This document shows positions 18,582 through 27,679 of a stretch of 40,981 bases of DNA, one piece after another. The notes beneath the pieces were generated by a model. It was not told the origin of the DNA, did not search any database, and worked only from the letters and a program-made list of their open reading frames with translations. This stretch comes from Sumerlaeia bacterium (GTDB lineage Bacteria; Sumerlaeota; Sumerlaeia; SLMS01; JAHLLQ01), in assembly GCA_040219255.1 (NCBI GenBank), contig JAVJSW010000066.1, forward strand, positions 1 through 40,981, written 5' to 3'. The translations under genes were made by a program, and so were the position numbers. Position 1 is the stretch's first letter. Each line of letters opens with the position of its first letter.

Positions 18582-19733
18582 TTAGGGGGCGGACTCTCCG
18601 CCCTCTTCGATTCCACCCGTCATAACAGAGAGCACATCGTGTGCCGAAGTTTGCCGCGTCCGCCCCGTCGCCAGAAGGGCGGGAAGCGTCGCAAGCGACG
18701 GCGCATCGGCGGCGCAGCGACCCTCGGGATGATCCAGGTTCGAGAGGATAATAAGATAGTTGCCATCCTCCGGCGCGATCCACATCCCGCAACCGTTCTC
18801 GGCCAAGTAACCGAACGTCCCGGGGCCCCAGCCGTCCGCTTCCCAGCCGAAGGCGTGGCCGGGTGCGCTCTCCCGGCGCATCGTCTCGCTGGTCAAGAAA
18901 TCCGGAGCCAGGCCATGGTAGGTTCCGATGAGAATCTTGGCGTACAGGTCCAGGTCGTCGGCGGTGCTGTAAAGCCCGGCGTGAGCCGTCGAAGGGCCGA
19001 AGCGAACCTTCGCGTCGTCCGAGGGATCGCCCCAATTCATCTTCTCGCCGGTATATCGGCCAGGGGCGGCGGTGCTGCGCCAGTTCGCCGGCAATTCGAT
19101 CGCGCTGTTCTTCAGGCCGAAGGGCTCCAGCCATTCGCGGAAGGCGTGGTCAAGGACCGGTTCGCCGAGCCGTTCGGACACGCGAAGAGACTCGGCCACG
19201 AGCCGCTGCGCCGCCGGGCCGAGACAGGGGGCGAGTTCGGCGCCAGACTCCTCCCTGTCTGTCCCGGACGAACGATCCCACTCCCCCGCCTGAATCAAAC
19301 GAAGGCGGGCGGGCAGGAGCGTCAATTGGGCCGTCAGCGTGCCGAGGTGGTATTTTGTATCCCAGGAAGCGGGCCAAAGCTGCGGATCCGTTTGCTTGTA
19401 GCCGACCGGGATCGGCATTCCGTCGCCGAAGAGGCTGCCCACATGGATGACGGCACCGGGCAATTCGCCCTGGCGAACGCCATCGGCGACCTGCACGATG
19501 CCTTCGATGAACACTGCGGGGTCCATTCCGGTTGACGCGATACGGTCGGTGTTGATTCCGGGTGGGATCAGGTCGCGATGGGCGTCGAGTTGTCGGCGAA
19601 GCGCGTCCGGGATGGAATGGCTGCCGACGAGGGGGTAGACGGTAGGCTCCTGCGCCAGCGCATGGGAAAAAAAGAATAGGCCCAGCACCGCCAAAACGGC
19701 GAGACGAGGTGGCGCGGGGCGGGTCGAAATCAT
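18582..19733 (-). CDS. Secreted beta-lactamase/serine-hydrolase-fold protein, apparently catalytically degenerate
   Basis: Signal peptide; LPGAVI, WLEPFGLKNS, AHAGLYSTADDL and WIAPE motifs; the SxxK position reads GTLTA. Confidence 0.75.
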   Translation of the reverse strand: MISTRPAPPRLAVLAVLGLFFFSHALAQEPTVYPLVGSHSIPDALRRQLDAHRDLIPPGINTDRIASTGMDPAVFIEGIVQVADGVRQGELPGAVIHVGSLFGDGMPIPVGYKQTDPQLWPASWDTKYHLGTLTAQLTLLPARLRLIQAGEWDRSSGTDREESGAELAPCLGPAAQRLVAESLRVSERLGEPVLDHAFREWLEPFGLKNSAIELPANWRSTAAPGRYTGEKMNWGDPSDDAKVRFGPSTAHAGLYSTADDLDLYAKILIGTYHGLAPDFLTSETMRRESAPGHAFGWEADGWGPGTFGYLAENGCGMWIAPEDGNYLIILSNLDHPEGRCAADAPSLATLPALLATGRTRQTSAHDVLSVMTGGIEEGGESAP

Positions 19734-19799
19734 GGTCGAGGGCTCTTGGATTTGGCGGACTGGCTTAGTTCGTTAAATCTTGAAAAAGCGAAGCGGGGC

Positions 19800-20513
19800 T
19801 CACTCGCGGCTTCCGCCCGCGAAACGCATGATGAAGTACAGCAGCGTCACGATGGCCGTCAGCGTCGCGGCGACGTAGGTCAGGGCGGCGGCGTTGAGTA
19901 CCTTTTGAACGCCATTTTCCTCCTGCCTGCCGCTGATCAGACCGAGTTGGGGCAGCATGGCCTTGGCCCTCTTGGAGGCGTCGAACTCGACTGGCAGGTT
20001 GACGATCTGGAAAATCACCGTAAGCGAAAACAGACCGATACCCGCCAGGATGGCCCATTGGCCGAGGGGACCGGCTCCCATGTAAGCCAGCAGGAATCCG
20101 CCCATGAGGAAAAGCATAGAGAGGTTGGAGCCGACGCTGGCGAGCGGCACGATGCCGTTGCGGAGCTTGAGGGGGAAGTAGTGCTTCGCATCTTGGATGG
20201 CGTGGCCGGCTTCGTGGCAGGCGACGCCAAGGGCCGACAGGCTGCGGCCGCCGTACACGTCGGGCGAGAGGCGCAGGACTTTTTTCGAGGGATCGTAGTG
20301 ATCGCTCAGGAAGCCCGACACCTGCTCAATGCCGACGCTTCGCATGCCGGCGTTGTCGAGCATGCGGCGGGCGGCTTCGGCGCCGGTGACGCCAGAGGAG
20401 GCGCGGACGCGAGAGAACTTCTTGAAATTCCCCTTCACCTTGAATTGGGCCCAGACGGTCAGGAGAAGGACGGGCGCCAACATCGCGATATAGAGAGGAT
20501 CGAAAAAGAGCAT
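19800..20513 (-). CDS. Putative neutral zinc metallopeptidase (YugP / Zn_peptidase_2 family)
   Basis: SDHYDP, HEAGHAIQ (HExxH), LPVEFDASKRA and AAALTYVAA. Confidence 0.92.
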   Translation of the reverse strand: MLFFDPLYIAMLAPVLLLTVWAQFKVKGNFKKFSRVRASSGVTGAEAARRMLDNAGMRSVGIEQVSGFLSDHYDPSKKVLRLSPDVYGGRSLSALGVACHEAGHAIQDAKHYFPLKLRNGIVPLASVGSNLSMLFLMGGFLLAYMGAGPLGQWAILAGIGLFSLTVIFQIVNLPVEFDASKRAKAMLPQLGLISGRQEENGVQKVLNAAALTYVAATLTAIVTLLYFIMRFAGGSRE

Positions 20514-20597
20514 CGGTGGTGTTCCTCAATCGGAAATGCAATCCGCACCAAGGCGGCTGCCAGTCGAATAGAGAAAGGCGTGCCCAGTGGGGCAGCT

Positions 20598-21890
20598 TTA
20601 GGTCAGGATGATCTTCGGGGCTTTCGCGGTGAATGCCACGCCGGCGAAAGTCACCATGCAGTCGCGCTGCGGATCGTTGGATTGACTGTAGATAAGGGTC
20701 TTGCCTTCGGTGTCCGGCGCCAGCGCCTGGAGGAGACAGTAGATGGGGGCGATGGAGCAGACCTTGGTTTCGTTGAAGTCGCCTCGGAAGAAATCGAAGA
20801 AGCCCTTCGCGTCGAGTGTGTCGATATGCTTCAACATGACCGTGTCGCGTTCGCGGACTTCCTCCTCGCGCTGCGGAGTGTTCTTCACTTCGTCGCCGAA
20901 TTCGGGGCCGCAGTGGGAAAAATCGACGCCGCCGATGAGAAGGCCGCGCTTGCCAAGGTGGGCCATGGTGGCTTTCAGGGCCTCGATGAACTGGGCGATT
21001 TCCGGCACGTCGGTGGGCTGCATCGGCGGATCGACCATGAGAAGCTCCTCGAAGGAGCCCACGAGAATCGGCACGATTTTGAAGGGGCGATTCTGGAGAA
21101 CGTGCTGCAAATAGACGACTTGCAGCTCAATGGTGTGCTCCTGAGCGTGGAGGTATTCTTCGTCGTAGAGTTCGCCGCCGAATTTGTTTTCCAGAAAATC
21201 GAGCGCCTCCCTGTCCACTTCGGCGGTCCCCAGGGGCGTTTCGTAGGCCTTGCGGGTGGCGATGAAAGGATGGCCGCAGGGCCGGTGGAGGGTGCCGAGA
21301 ATGACGAAGGTGGTGGCCTGCGAGTGCTCGGCCACGGCTTTGTAGGCCCAGGCGTAGGCTTCGCCGCCCCGCATGTAGTCGATGTGGGGCGCGAGGATGG
21401 CGCGGAGCGAGTTCGGCGCGAGGTCGAGTTTGGCGGGCGGAGACTTGGCCGACATCTTGTGCCGGCGGAATTCGTCGCCCAGTTGCTTGAGCAGCAGCAG
21501 GCGGTCTTCGCTTCGGAAGACGGTGGGTTTACGAGCCGTGAGACTGGCGTAATCCTCTTTCTGGCGGTCCCAGGCCTCCTCGAATTTCGGCGAGAGAAGC
21601 ATCAGCGCGTCGTCCAGCTGCTTTGCAATCTGGAGCATTTGGTCCTCGGTGATGATGTGACCGGTGGCGTGGGTCGCCTTGACGGCCATCTGTTTCAGGG
21701 TGGTCTTGCCGTTGGCGTACTGGAAGAAAACCAACAGGAGGGGGTCTGGATAGAGGGCGGCCATCTCGCCCTCCATGAGACCGAGGGGGTCGCGGACCAG
21801 GAGAAGCGGTTGGCCCTCGTGTTCCGTGGGGATGATTTCGAGGTGGCGCAGAGCCGGCGTTTCCAGAGGATAAGAAGTGAATGGGGCCAC
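20598..21890 (-). CDS. MEMO1-family protein (AmmeMemoRadiSam protein B) with N-terminal extension
   Basis: APHIDY, ILGTLH, ETPLG, EHTIELQ and DFSHCGPEFGD. Confidence 0.9.
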   Translation of the reverse strand: MAPFTSYPLETPALRHLEIIPTEHEGQPLLLVRDPLGLMEGEMAALYPDPLLLVFFQYANGKTTLKQMAVKATHATGHIITEDQMLQIAKQLDDALMLLSPKFEEAWDRQKEDYASLTARKPTVFRSEDRLLLLKQLGDEFRRHKMSAKSPPAKLDLAPNSLRAILAPHIDYMRGGEAYAWAYKAVAEHSQATTFVILGTLHRPCGHPFIATRKAYETPLGTAEVDREALDFLENKFGGELYDEEYLHAQEHTIELQVVYLQHVLQNRPFKIVPILVGSFEELLMVDPPMQPTDVPEIAQFIEALKATMAHLGKRGLLIGGVDFSHCGPEFGDEVKNTPQREEEVRERDTVMLKHIDTLDAKGFFDFFRGDFNETKVCSIAPIYCLLQALAPDTEGKTLIYSQSNDPQRDCMVTFAGVAFTAKAPKIILT

Positions 21891-22175
21891 GGCGGGAAGG
21901 TGCTTTCTCTGGGATGAATTGGAGAAATTCTGGCAGTTTGCGCGACCCGCCGCAAGCGGAGGTGGAGGGCCCGGCGTCTTGCTTCGATGATTGCCGCAGA
22001 AGGCAAGCAGGAAAGCGGCTTGCGAAGTGCCTGGCGCCCCATGTCACCGTTTCCAATCGGTCCTGTGCGCCGAAGGGCGAATCCGAGGCTGCCGCCTCCA
22101 GCGAAAGGGTTGACCCCGAGCGGGCGGAGGGATTGGGCTAGGGCTTCAATCCACCAGGTGTTGCCATTCACATCC

Positions 22176-22715
22176 ATGCCGCCGTTTCGATTCCTCCTCT
22201 GCTTCCTTCTCGTCGCTTGTGTTTCCATGGGTTGCTCGCGGGTGCCGCGCTATCGGACGTTGCCGCCTTCGGTGCGGACGATTTCCGTTCCGATGTTCGT
22301 GAACCGCACCGCCGAGCCTCAAATCGAAGAAGACGCCACCCGCTTCACCCAGGAAGAATTCCTGGCCGATGGCCGCCTCGACTTGGTGCGCCAGGGCGAA
22401 GCGGACGCCATCGTGCGCGTGACGTTGCGGGATTTCATCGACCGAGGCGCGACCTTCGACGCCGACGATTTCCCGTCCTCGCGGGAGTTCACCATCATCG
22501 CCGACGTCGAAATCGTGCGCAACGTGCCCGAGCAACCGCTGATCGGCGGCCGGCGCACCGTCTCCGCGACGACCTTTTTCAACAACGAGACGCGCAGCGC
22601 GGACTTCGTCCCCGAACCCCGCGGCATGGATCAGGCGCTGCGGACGCTGGCGCAGAGGATCGTGTGGGAGGTCTTGACGGGCGCCTACGAAACGGAGGCC
22701 ACCGATCCCGGCTGA
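22176..22715 (+). CDS. LptE-like lipoprotein
   Basis: Lipobox VSMGC; LPPSVRTISVPMFVNRT.EPQIE and ADAIVRVTL patterns typical of LptE-family proteins. Confidence 0.75.
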   Translation: MPPFRFLLCFLLVACVSMGCSRVPRYRTLPPSVRTISVPMFVNRTAEPQIEEDATRFTQEEFLADGRLDLVRQGEADAIVRVTLRDFIDRGATFDADDFPSSREFTIIADVEIVRNVPEQPLIGGRRTVSATTFFNNETRSADFVPEPRGMDQALRTLAQRIVWEVLTGAYETEATDPG

Positions 22716-22733
22716 TCCCGCTTTGCCCGCCCG

Positions 22734-24848
22734 ATGCTGACTCGCCTTTTCCCCTTTCTCGCCACCGAGCGATTCCTGCCGGTTCGCCAATTCATCCGGC
22801 GCAATTTCCTGACCACGGTCACGTCGTTCATCTTCCTGGCCAGCTTCGCACTGGTCGTGATCCAGGTGGACAGCGCGTACAAGGCGCAGAAGAAGGAACT
22901 GGTCAACAACCTGATCAGCAGCGGCGAGATCTTCGGGGCGGATGAAGGGCGTCAGAAGCTGAGCGACGCGGTGGCGCGCTATCTGAACGATCTGTCGCGG
23001 GCGAGCACGCTAAATCCCCGGGTCAAGCCGCCGCCGGAAAAGCTCCTCGACGAAGTCAAGAGCCTGATGCGGCAGGTTTTCGAACAGAACCCGATGATTC
23101 ACGCGATGGCGCTGCGGGCGCCAAACGGCGATCCGATCTACGAAATCGCCGATCCTTCTCGCATCGGCGAGCAGAACGATTTCAGCAACAGCTTAATCCG
23201 GCGGGATTTTTCCACCCGGTTGATTTCCGGCAAGAGCGACTCGGAGCGCGGTCAGACCCTTGGAACGCTCGAATTCCAGTTCACCACCCCCCGCGGCATT
23301 CCGGCCATCGAGGAGTTGACCCGCAAGTGGTGGACCCGCCTGGGACTCATCAGCGTGGTTGTCATCGGGCTGTACTGCACGCTGATGTGGTTTGTGATCT
23401 GGCCGGTGCGGAGCCTGATCGAGGCGCTGGACAAGGGTCCCAAGTGGGGGGCGCCGTTGGTCAGCAACCCCAGGACGCTGCTGCTGAAGTATTACAACAA
23501 CCTAGCCCGCGACGCGAACCTGTCGCTATTTTCGCGGCGCCTGCGGGAATTCGTCAGCGAACGGGCGCTGCTCGATCCGGTGCCGCTGCTGGGCTTCATT
23601 CCCCAGGAGGCGAAGGAACTCTTTCCCATCACCGAGGCCCACGTGCTGCTCTTCCGCCAAATGGAGGAAGAGGAGGGCTGGACGCTGGAGGAGACGATTT
23701 CTTCGGCGGGGGCGGCGCCCTGCCGGGGCGACGCGGTGGCGGTGATGAATCATCTCTTGTCCATGGCGTCGGAGACGGATGGCAAGACTCCGCGGGGCGA
23801 AACGCTGGCACGGGGCGGCGGCGAGCGCGAGGTGCTGGAGGTGCTGGGCCTCTTCGAGGGCATGTCGGCCGGTCTGGTGGTGGTGCCGGAGAAGGCGCCG
23901 CATGGCGACCACGGACCCTGGCTCGACGATCTGTGCGCCCGCATGGCTCAGGAGGCGCGCTATGTGCTGAGGGCGTTGGCGGGCCAGCGGCGCCTCGTCT
24001 TGCAGGAAAAGAGCAAAGCGAACATCTCGCTGTCGCGGAACCTGGGCCACGATCTGACGAACATCATCGCGACGAGCAAACTGGATCTGATGGCGGTGAA
24101 GACGTTTCTCGACGCGCCGGCTGATGCGATTCGCTCGTCGCCGGTTAAGGAGAAGATTTTCCGCGAGTCGCTGGCCTCGCTGCTGAACAACACGAAGTTC
24201 CTCCAGGAAATCGTGAACCTTTACCGCTCCTTTACTTACCTGTCCCGACCCCGGTTCGAGCGGGTCGAAATCAACGATATGGTCAACGACGTGGCGCGGC
24301 TGTTCCAGCTTTCCCTGTCGAGAAGTTTCGCGATCCGGGTGGAGTTGGCGGAGGGTCTGCCACCCGTCCAGGTGGAGCCTCGGCTACTGCGCCTGGCGTT
24401 GTTCAATTTGCTGTCGAACGCTGCGGAGTCGATCAAGCGGGCGTCGTCTTACGAGAACCCGAACGGCGAGATCGTGCTCGCCACGACGTTGCAGGAAAGC
24501 AACGGTGCGATAGAAATCGTGGTCGCCGATAGCGGCACCGGCATCTGCGGGCCGGACGGCGAGTTGCTGTCGAGCCGGGAAATCGAGGAGATTTTCCGCT
24601 TGGGCTATAGCACGAAAGACAAAGAAGACGGCGAAGGGCTCGGCCTGCATTGGGTCCGGCAGATAATTCGCGAGTTCCACCACGGCACGATCCGTCCGCG
24701 CAACCGCTCCGATGAGGAAGGCGGCGGGGCCGCGTTCCACATTTGGCTGCCGATCGATGCCGAGACCGCCGGGCTTGCCCCTTCCGAGCGCATCGAAGAC
24801 AGTCGCCCCCATCCCCCTCTCGTTCCGGAGTCCCCTGCCGTTCCATGA
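22734..24848 (+). CDS. Membrane-bound sensor histidine kinase
   Basis: Two TM helices flanking a periplasmic domain; H-box LGHDLTNI, N-box NLLSNA, G1 DSGTGI, F-box IFRLGYSTK and G2 GEGLGL. Confidence 0.92.
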   Translation: MLTRLFPFLATERFLPVRQFIRRNFLTTVTSFIFLASFALVVIQVDSAYKAQKKELVNNLISSGEIFGADEGRQKLSDAVARYLNDLSRASTLNPRVKPPPEKLLDEVKSLMRQVFEQNPMIHAMALRAPNGDPIYEIADPSRIGEQNDFSNSLIRRDFSTRLISGKSDSERGQTLGTLEFQFTTPRGIPAIEELTRKWWTRLGLISVVVIGLYCTLMWFVIWPVRSLIEALDKGPKWGAPLVSNPRTLLLKYYNNLARDANLSLFSRRLREFVSERALLDPVPLLGFIPQEAKELFPITEAHVLLFRQMEEEEGWTLEETISSAGAAPCRGDAVAVMNHLLSMASETDGKTPRGETLARGGGEREVLEVLGLFEGMSAGLVVVPEKAPHGDHGPWLDDLCARMAQEARYVLRALAGQRRLVLQEKSKANISLSRNLGHDLTNIIATSKLDLMAVKTFLDAPADAIRSSPVKEKIFRESLASLLNNTKFLQEIVNLYRSFTYLSRPRFERVEINDMVNDVARLFQLSLSRSFAIRVELAEGLPPVQVEPRLLRLALFNLLSNAAESIKRASSYENPNGEIVLATTLQESNGAIEIVVADSGTGICGPDGELLSSREIEEIFRLGYSTKDKEDGEGLGLHWVRQIIREFHHGTIRPRNRSDEEGGGAAFHIWLPIDAETAGLAPSERIEDSRPHPPLVPESPAVP

Positions 24849-26143
24849 CCGTTAAAGTTCTCATTGTCGACGACAACGAAATGTACCGCAGCGCTTTCAA
24901 GCGCAACCTGATGATCCGCGACTACGATGTAGTGGAAGCGGAGAATGGCGAGGAAGCGCTCGAAGTCTTTCGAACCGAACGGCCCGAGGTGGTCGTGACG
25001 GACCTGAACATGCGCACGCCCACCGAGGGGCTGGACCTGATCCGGTCGCTCAAGCAGATCGAGCCGCTGGTGCCGGTGGTGATGATCAGCGCCGTCGGGA
25101 CCTTCGAGGAAGGAGCCGAAGCTTCGCGTCTGGGCGCCCACCGGGTCATCAGCAAAGCCCGCATCGACGATGAAATCGAAAGCCTCTACGCGACCATCGA
25201 CGAAGCGAACGCCAGCGGCGCCCGCAACCGCCAGGTGCGCGATGAAGTGGAATCGATCACCGCGAAGCAAACCCGCGGCGACGACGCGGAAACGGATTGG
25301 CCCGAGGATCTCGCTCCGGAAGACATCGCCCGGCTGCGGGAAATCGTGGCGGACCAGACGCTTCACGACACGGTGCGGGGCGAAGCGTACGACAGCCTGA
25401 TCAGCGCCACCGAGCGCGACCGCCTGGAGGATTTGCAGGGCGCCGTGGAAGATGCGGACCGCAAGGATCTGGAACTGGCGGAACGGCAGTTGGCCGAGGA
25501 AATCCACAACCTGGCCGAGTTGGACGAGGCTTCCTATAAGGAACTGCGCACCGCCGAGTATTTCTTCATCCGCCAGGGCGGCGATCAACCGCGGGCCGAC
25601 GCCGATTTCTCGCGCACCATCGGCTTCAGCTACTGCTTCGCCGTGGAGAACGAGGCGAAGTCGCGGCTGCGCAAACGGCTCCAGCGGTTCTTGGGCAACA
25701 AAGCGTCCTTCAACCTGATCCGGGGCCTCATCGACGAGCGGACCGGCCAGCTCGATCTTTTCTATCATCAACATCTGGCGCGGCTGCAGCAAACCATCCA
25801 GTTCGATTTCACGGTGGACAACGTGCGGCAGGTCTTCCAGCGCATCCTCGAGCACGGGTCGCGCTATAAACCCGATGGACTCAAAGCTTTGGGAATCATG
25901 GTGCTGTGTTTCGGGCGCAAGTACCAGATCCGCAAGCGCAACGGCGTCATCACCATCGACAATCCGCTGGGTCTCAAAGGGCTGGACCGCGACGAGGAAG
26001 TGATTCGGTTTGCGTATCTGCTGGTGGCGTTGCAGCATTTCCGCAATCCCTACATCCACCCGGAAATCAGCGAGATGGAAAAAGTGTCGAACATTCGCAA
26101 GACCGCCATCGAGTGCCTGAAGGAAACGGGGAAATTGGTCTGA
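24845..26143 (+). CDS. Response regulator with a HEPN-like C-terminal effector domain
   Basis: REC domain (LIVDDN, VVTDLNM, ISAVG, ISK); ATGA overlap with the kinase; C-terminal AVENEAK and FRNPYIH motifs. Confidence 0.85.
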   Translation: MTVKVLIVDDNEMYRSAFKRNLMIRDYDVVEAENGEEALEVFRTERPEVVVTDLNMRTPTEGLDLIRSLKQIEPLVPVVMISAVGTFEEGAEASRLGAHRVISKARIDDEIESLYATIDEANASGARNRQVRDEVESITAKQTRGDDAETDWPEDLAPEDIARLREIVADQTLHDTVRGEAYDSLISATERDRLEDLQGAVEDADRKDLELAERQLAEEIHNLAELDEASYKELRTAEYFFIRQGGDQPRADADFSRTIGFSYCFAVENEAKSRLRKRLQRFLGNKASFNLIRGLIDERTGQLDLFYHQHLARLQQTIQFDFTVDNVRQVFQRILEHGSRYKPDGLKALGIMVLCFGRKYQIRKRNGVITIDNPLGLKGLDRDEEVIRFAYLLVALQHFRNPYIHPEISEMEKVSNIRKTAIECLKETGKLV

Positions 26144-26184
26144 GGCAGGCCTGAAGAACCACTTGATCGGAGATTCGCCGCAGC

Positions 26185-26979
26185 ATGACACACGTATTGG
26201 GACTCGACATCGGGGGTTCGGGCATCAAAGGCGCCATCGTGGACACGGAAAAGGGCGAACTGGTCTCGGACCGCATTCGTCTCGAAACGCCCCAGCCGGC
26301 GACACCGGAAGCAGTCGTTGAAACCGCCGCCGAAGTGGTGCGCCAAATCGGATGGACCGACGCGGACGGACCCATTGGTGCCGGCTTTCCCGCCGTTGTG
26401 CGTAACGGCCACGTTCTGACCGCCGCCAACATCGACAAGGGCTGGATCGGCCAGCCCCTCGATCGACTGCTTAACGACGCCACCGGCTGCGCGTGCTATG
26501 GCATCAACGACGCCGACGCCGCAGGCCTCGCCGAGATGCGCTTCGGCATCGGACGAGGACAAAAGGGGGTGGTGTTCATGCTGACCTTCGGCACCGGCAT
26601 CGGCTCCGCCGTCTTCACCGATGGCGTCCTGGTGCCCAATACAGAGCTGGGTCACATCATCTTTCACGGCAACATCGCGGAAAAATACGCCGCCGCCAGC
26701 GCCCGCGACCGCGAAGACCTGAAGTGGGTCAAATGGGGCAAAAGGGTCTCCGAATATCTCCAGGAACTCGAACGCCTCTTCTGGCCCAACCTTTTCCTGA
26801 TCGGAGGCGGCGCCAGCAAAAAGTTCCACAAATGGGCGGAAGGCCTGGAAGTCAAGACACCCGTGAAAGCCGCCGAACTGCTCAATCTCGCCGGCATCAT
26901 CGGCGCCGGCATGTGGGCCTACGAACGGCACCGGGCGGTCGTCGAGTCGCCGGCGGAGGTGGCGGTGGCGGGGGATTGA
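26185..26979 (+). CDS. ppgK: Polyphosphate glucokinase (ROK family)
   Basis: GLDIGGSGIKG, RLETPQPATP, NDADAAGLAE, TFGTGIGSA and NTELGH, without the ROK Cys/Zn motif. Confidence 0.88.
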   Translation: MTHVLGLDIGGSGIKGAIVDTEKGELVSDRIRLETPQPATPEAVVETAAEVVRQIGWTDADGPIGAGFPAVVRNGHVLTAANIDKGWIGQPLDRLLNDATGCACYGINDADAAGLAEMRFGIGRGQKGVVFMLTFGTGIGSAVFTDGVLVPNTELGHIIFHGNIAEKYAAASARDREDLKWVKWGKRVSEYLQELERLFWPNLFLIGGGASKKFHKWAEGLEVKTPVKAAELLNLAGIIGAGMWAYERHRAVVESPAEVAVAGD

Positions 26980-26985
26980 GGGGCG

Positions 26986-27315
26986 ATGAAGCCAATCCCA
27001 AAAACGTTTACCTCCCCTCTCGCGGCGCGTGAATTCGAACTGGTCTCGAATCAGGACTCGAGGTGTCTGACGATCGAAATCGGCGTCCCCATCCGGGATG
27101 TGGAAACTGCGATGGGCGATGACTGGCGCTGTCCGATTCGGATAACCTGCGGTGGGAAGGTCGAGCTTACGTGTGCCTGCGGCGTCGATGCCATGCAAGC
27201 CATCGAGTTAGCGATCCGCCTTGTCCCGGTTCTTGCCCGCAGCACTTGCCAAGAGGGCGAGCGGGTGATGCGGTGGGGCGAGACGCTCGAGCGGGATGAT
27301 GCCGAGCCGGATTGA
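26986..27315 (+). CDS. Small hypothetical protein (DUF6968-like)
   Basis: IEIGVP...DWRCPIRI...GVDAMQAIELA pattern. Confidence 0.65.
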   Translation: MKPIPKTFTSPLAAREFELVSNQDSRCLTIEIGVPIRDVETAMGDDWRCPIRITCGGKVELTCACGVDAMQAIELAIRLVPVLARSTCQEGERVMRWGETLERDDAEPD

Positions 27316-27377
27316 AGATGGGATTGATAGGATCGGCAGAGTGTTGAACACTCTATTGTGTTTGGGAGGTGAAACCG

Positions 27378-27671
27378 ATGCCCAGTGTTCAGATTGAAAT
27401 TTCCAACGAGGTTCTTCTGAGCCTGAAGGAGAGCCCCGAGTCCATGGGCCGTTCGATCCGTTTTCTCGCCGCCGCGAAGCTGGTTGAGCTTGCCAAGCTC
27501 TCGACAGGCCGCGCCGCCGACCTCGCGGGGATGGGGCGGGTGGAATTCCTGCTGGCATTGCGTGACTTGGGTGTGTCTCCGGCAATGCTGAGTTTTTCGA
27601 CTGTCGTGGAAGACGCAGGTCATGCCCGTGTTTTTCTTGATCAGGTGTCCTGCAAATTTTCGAACTGTTGA
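27378..27671 (+). CDS. UPF0175-family putative antitoxin
   Basis: GGAGG RBS; AAAKLVELAKLSTGRAADLAGMGRVEFL motif. Confidence 0.8.
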   Translation: MPSVQIEISNEVLLSLKESPESMGRSIRFLAAAKLVELAKLSTGRAADLAGMGRVEFLLALRDLGVSPAMLSFSTVVEDAGHARVFLDQVSCKFSNC

Positions 27672-27679
27672 GGCCACAA

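Noticed and set aside
19746-21917. 723-aa plus-strand ORF (and similar long ORFs 30474..32630, 24605..26191, 39096..40439, 13214..14413)
   Set aside because: Antisense shadows of well-supported genes; long stop-free reverse frames are expected with strong GC3 bias, and they show no recognisable motifs.
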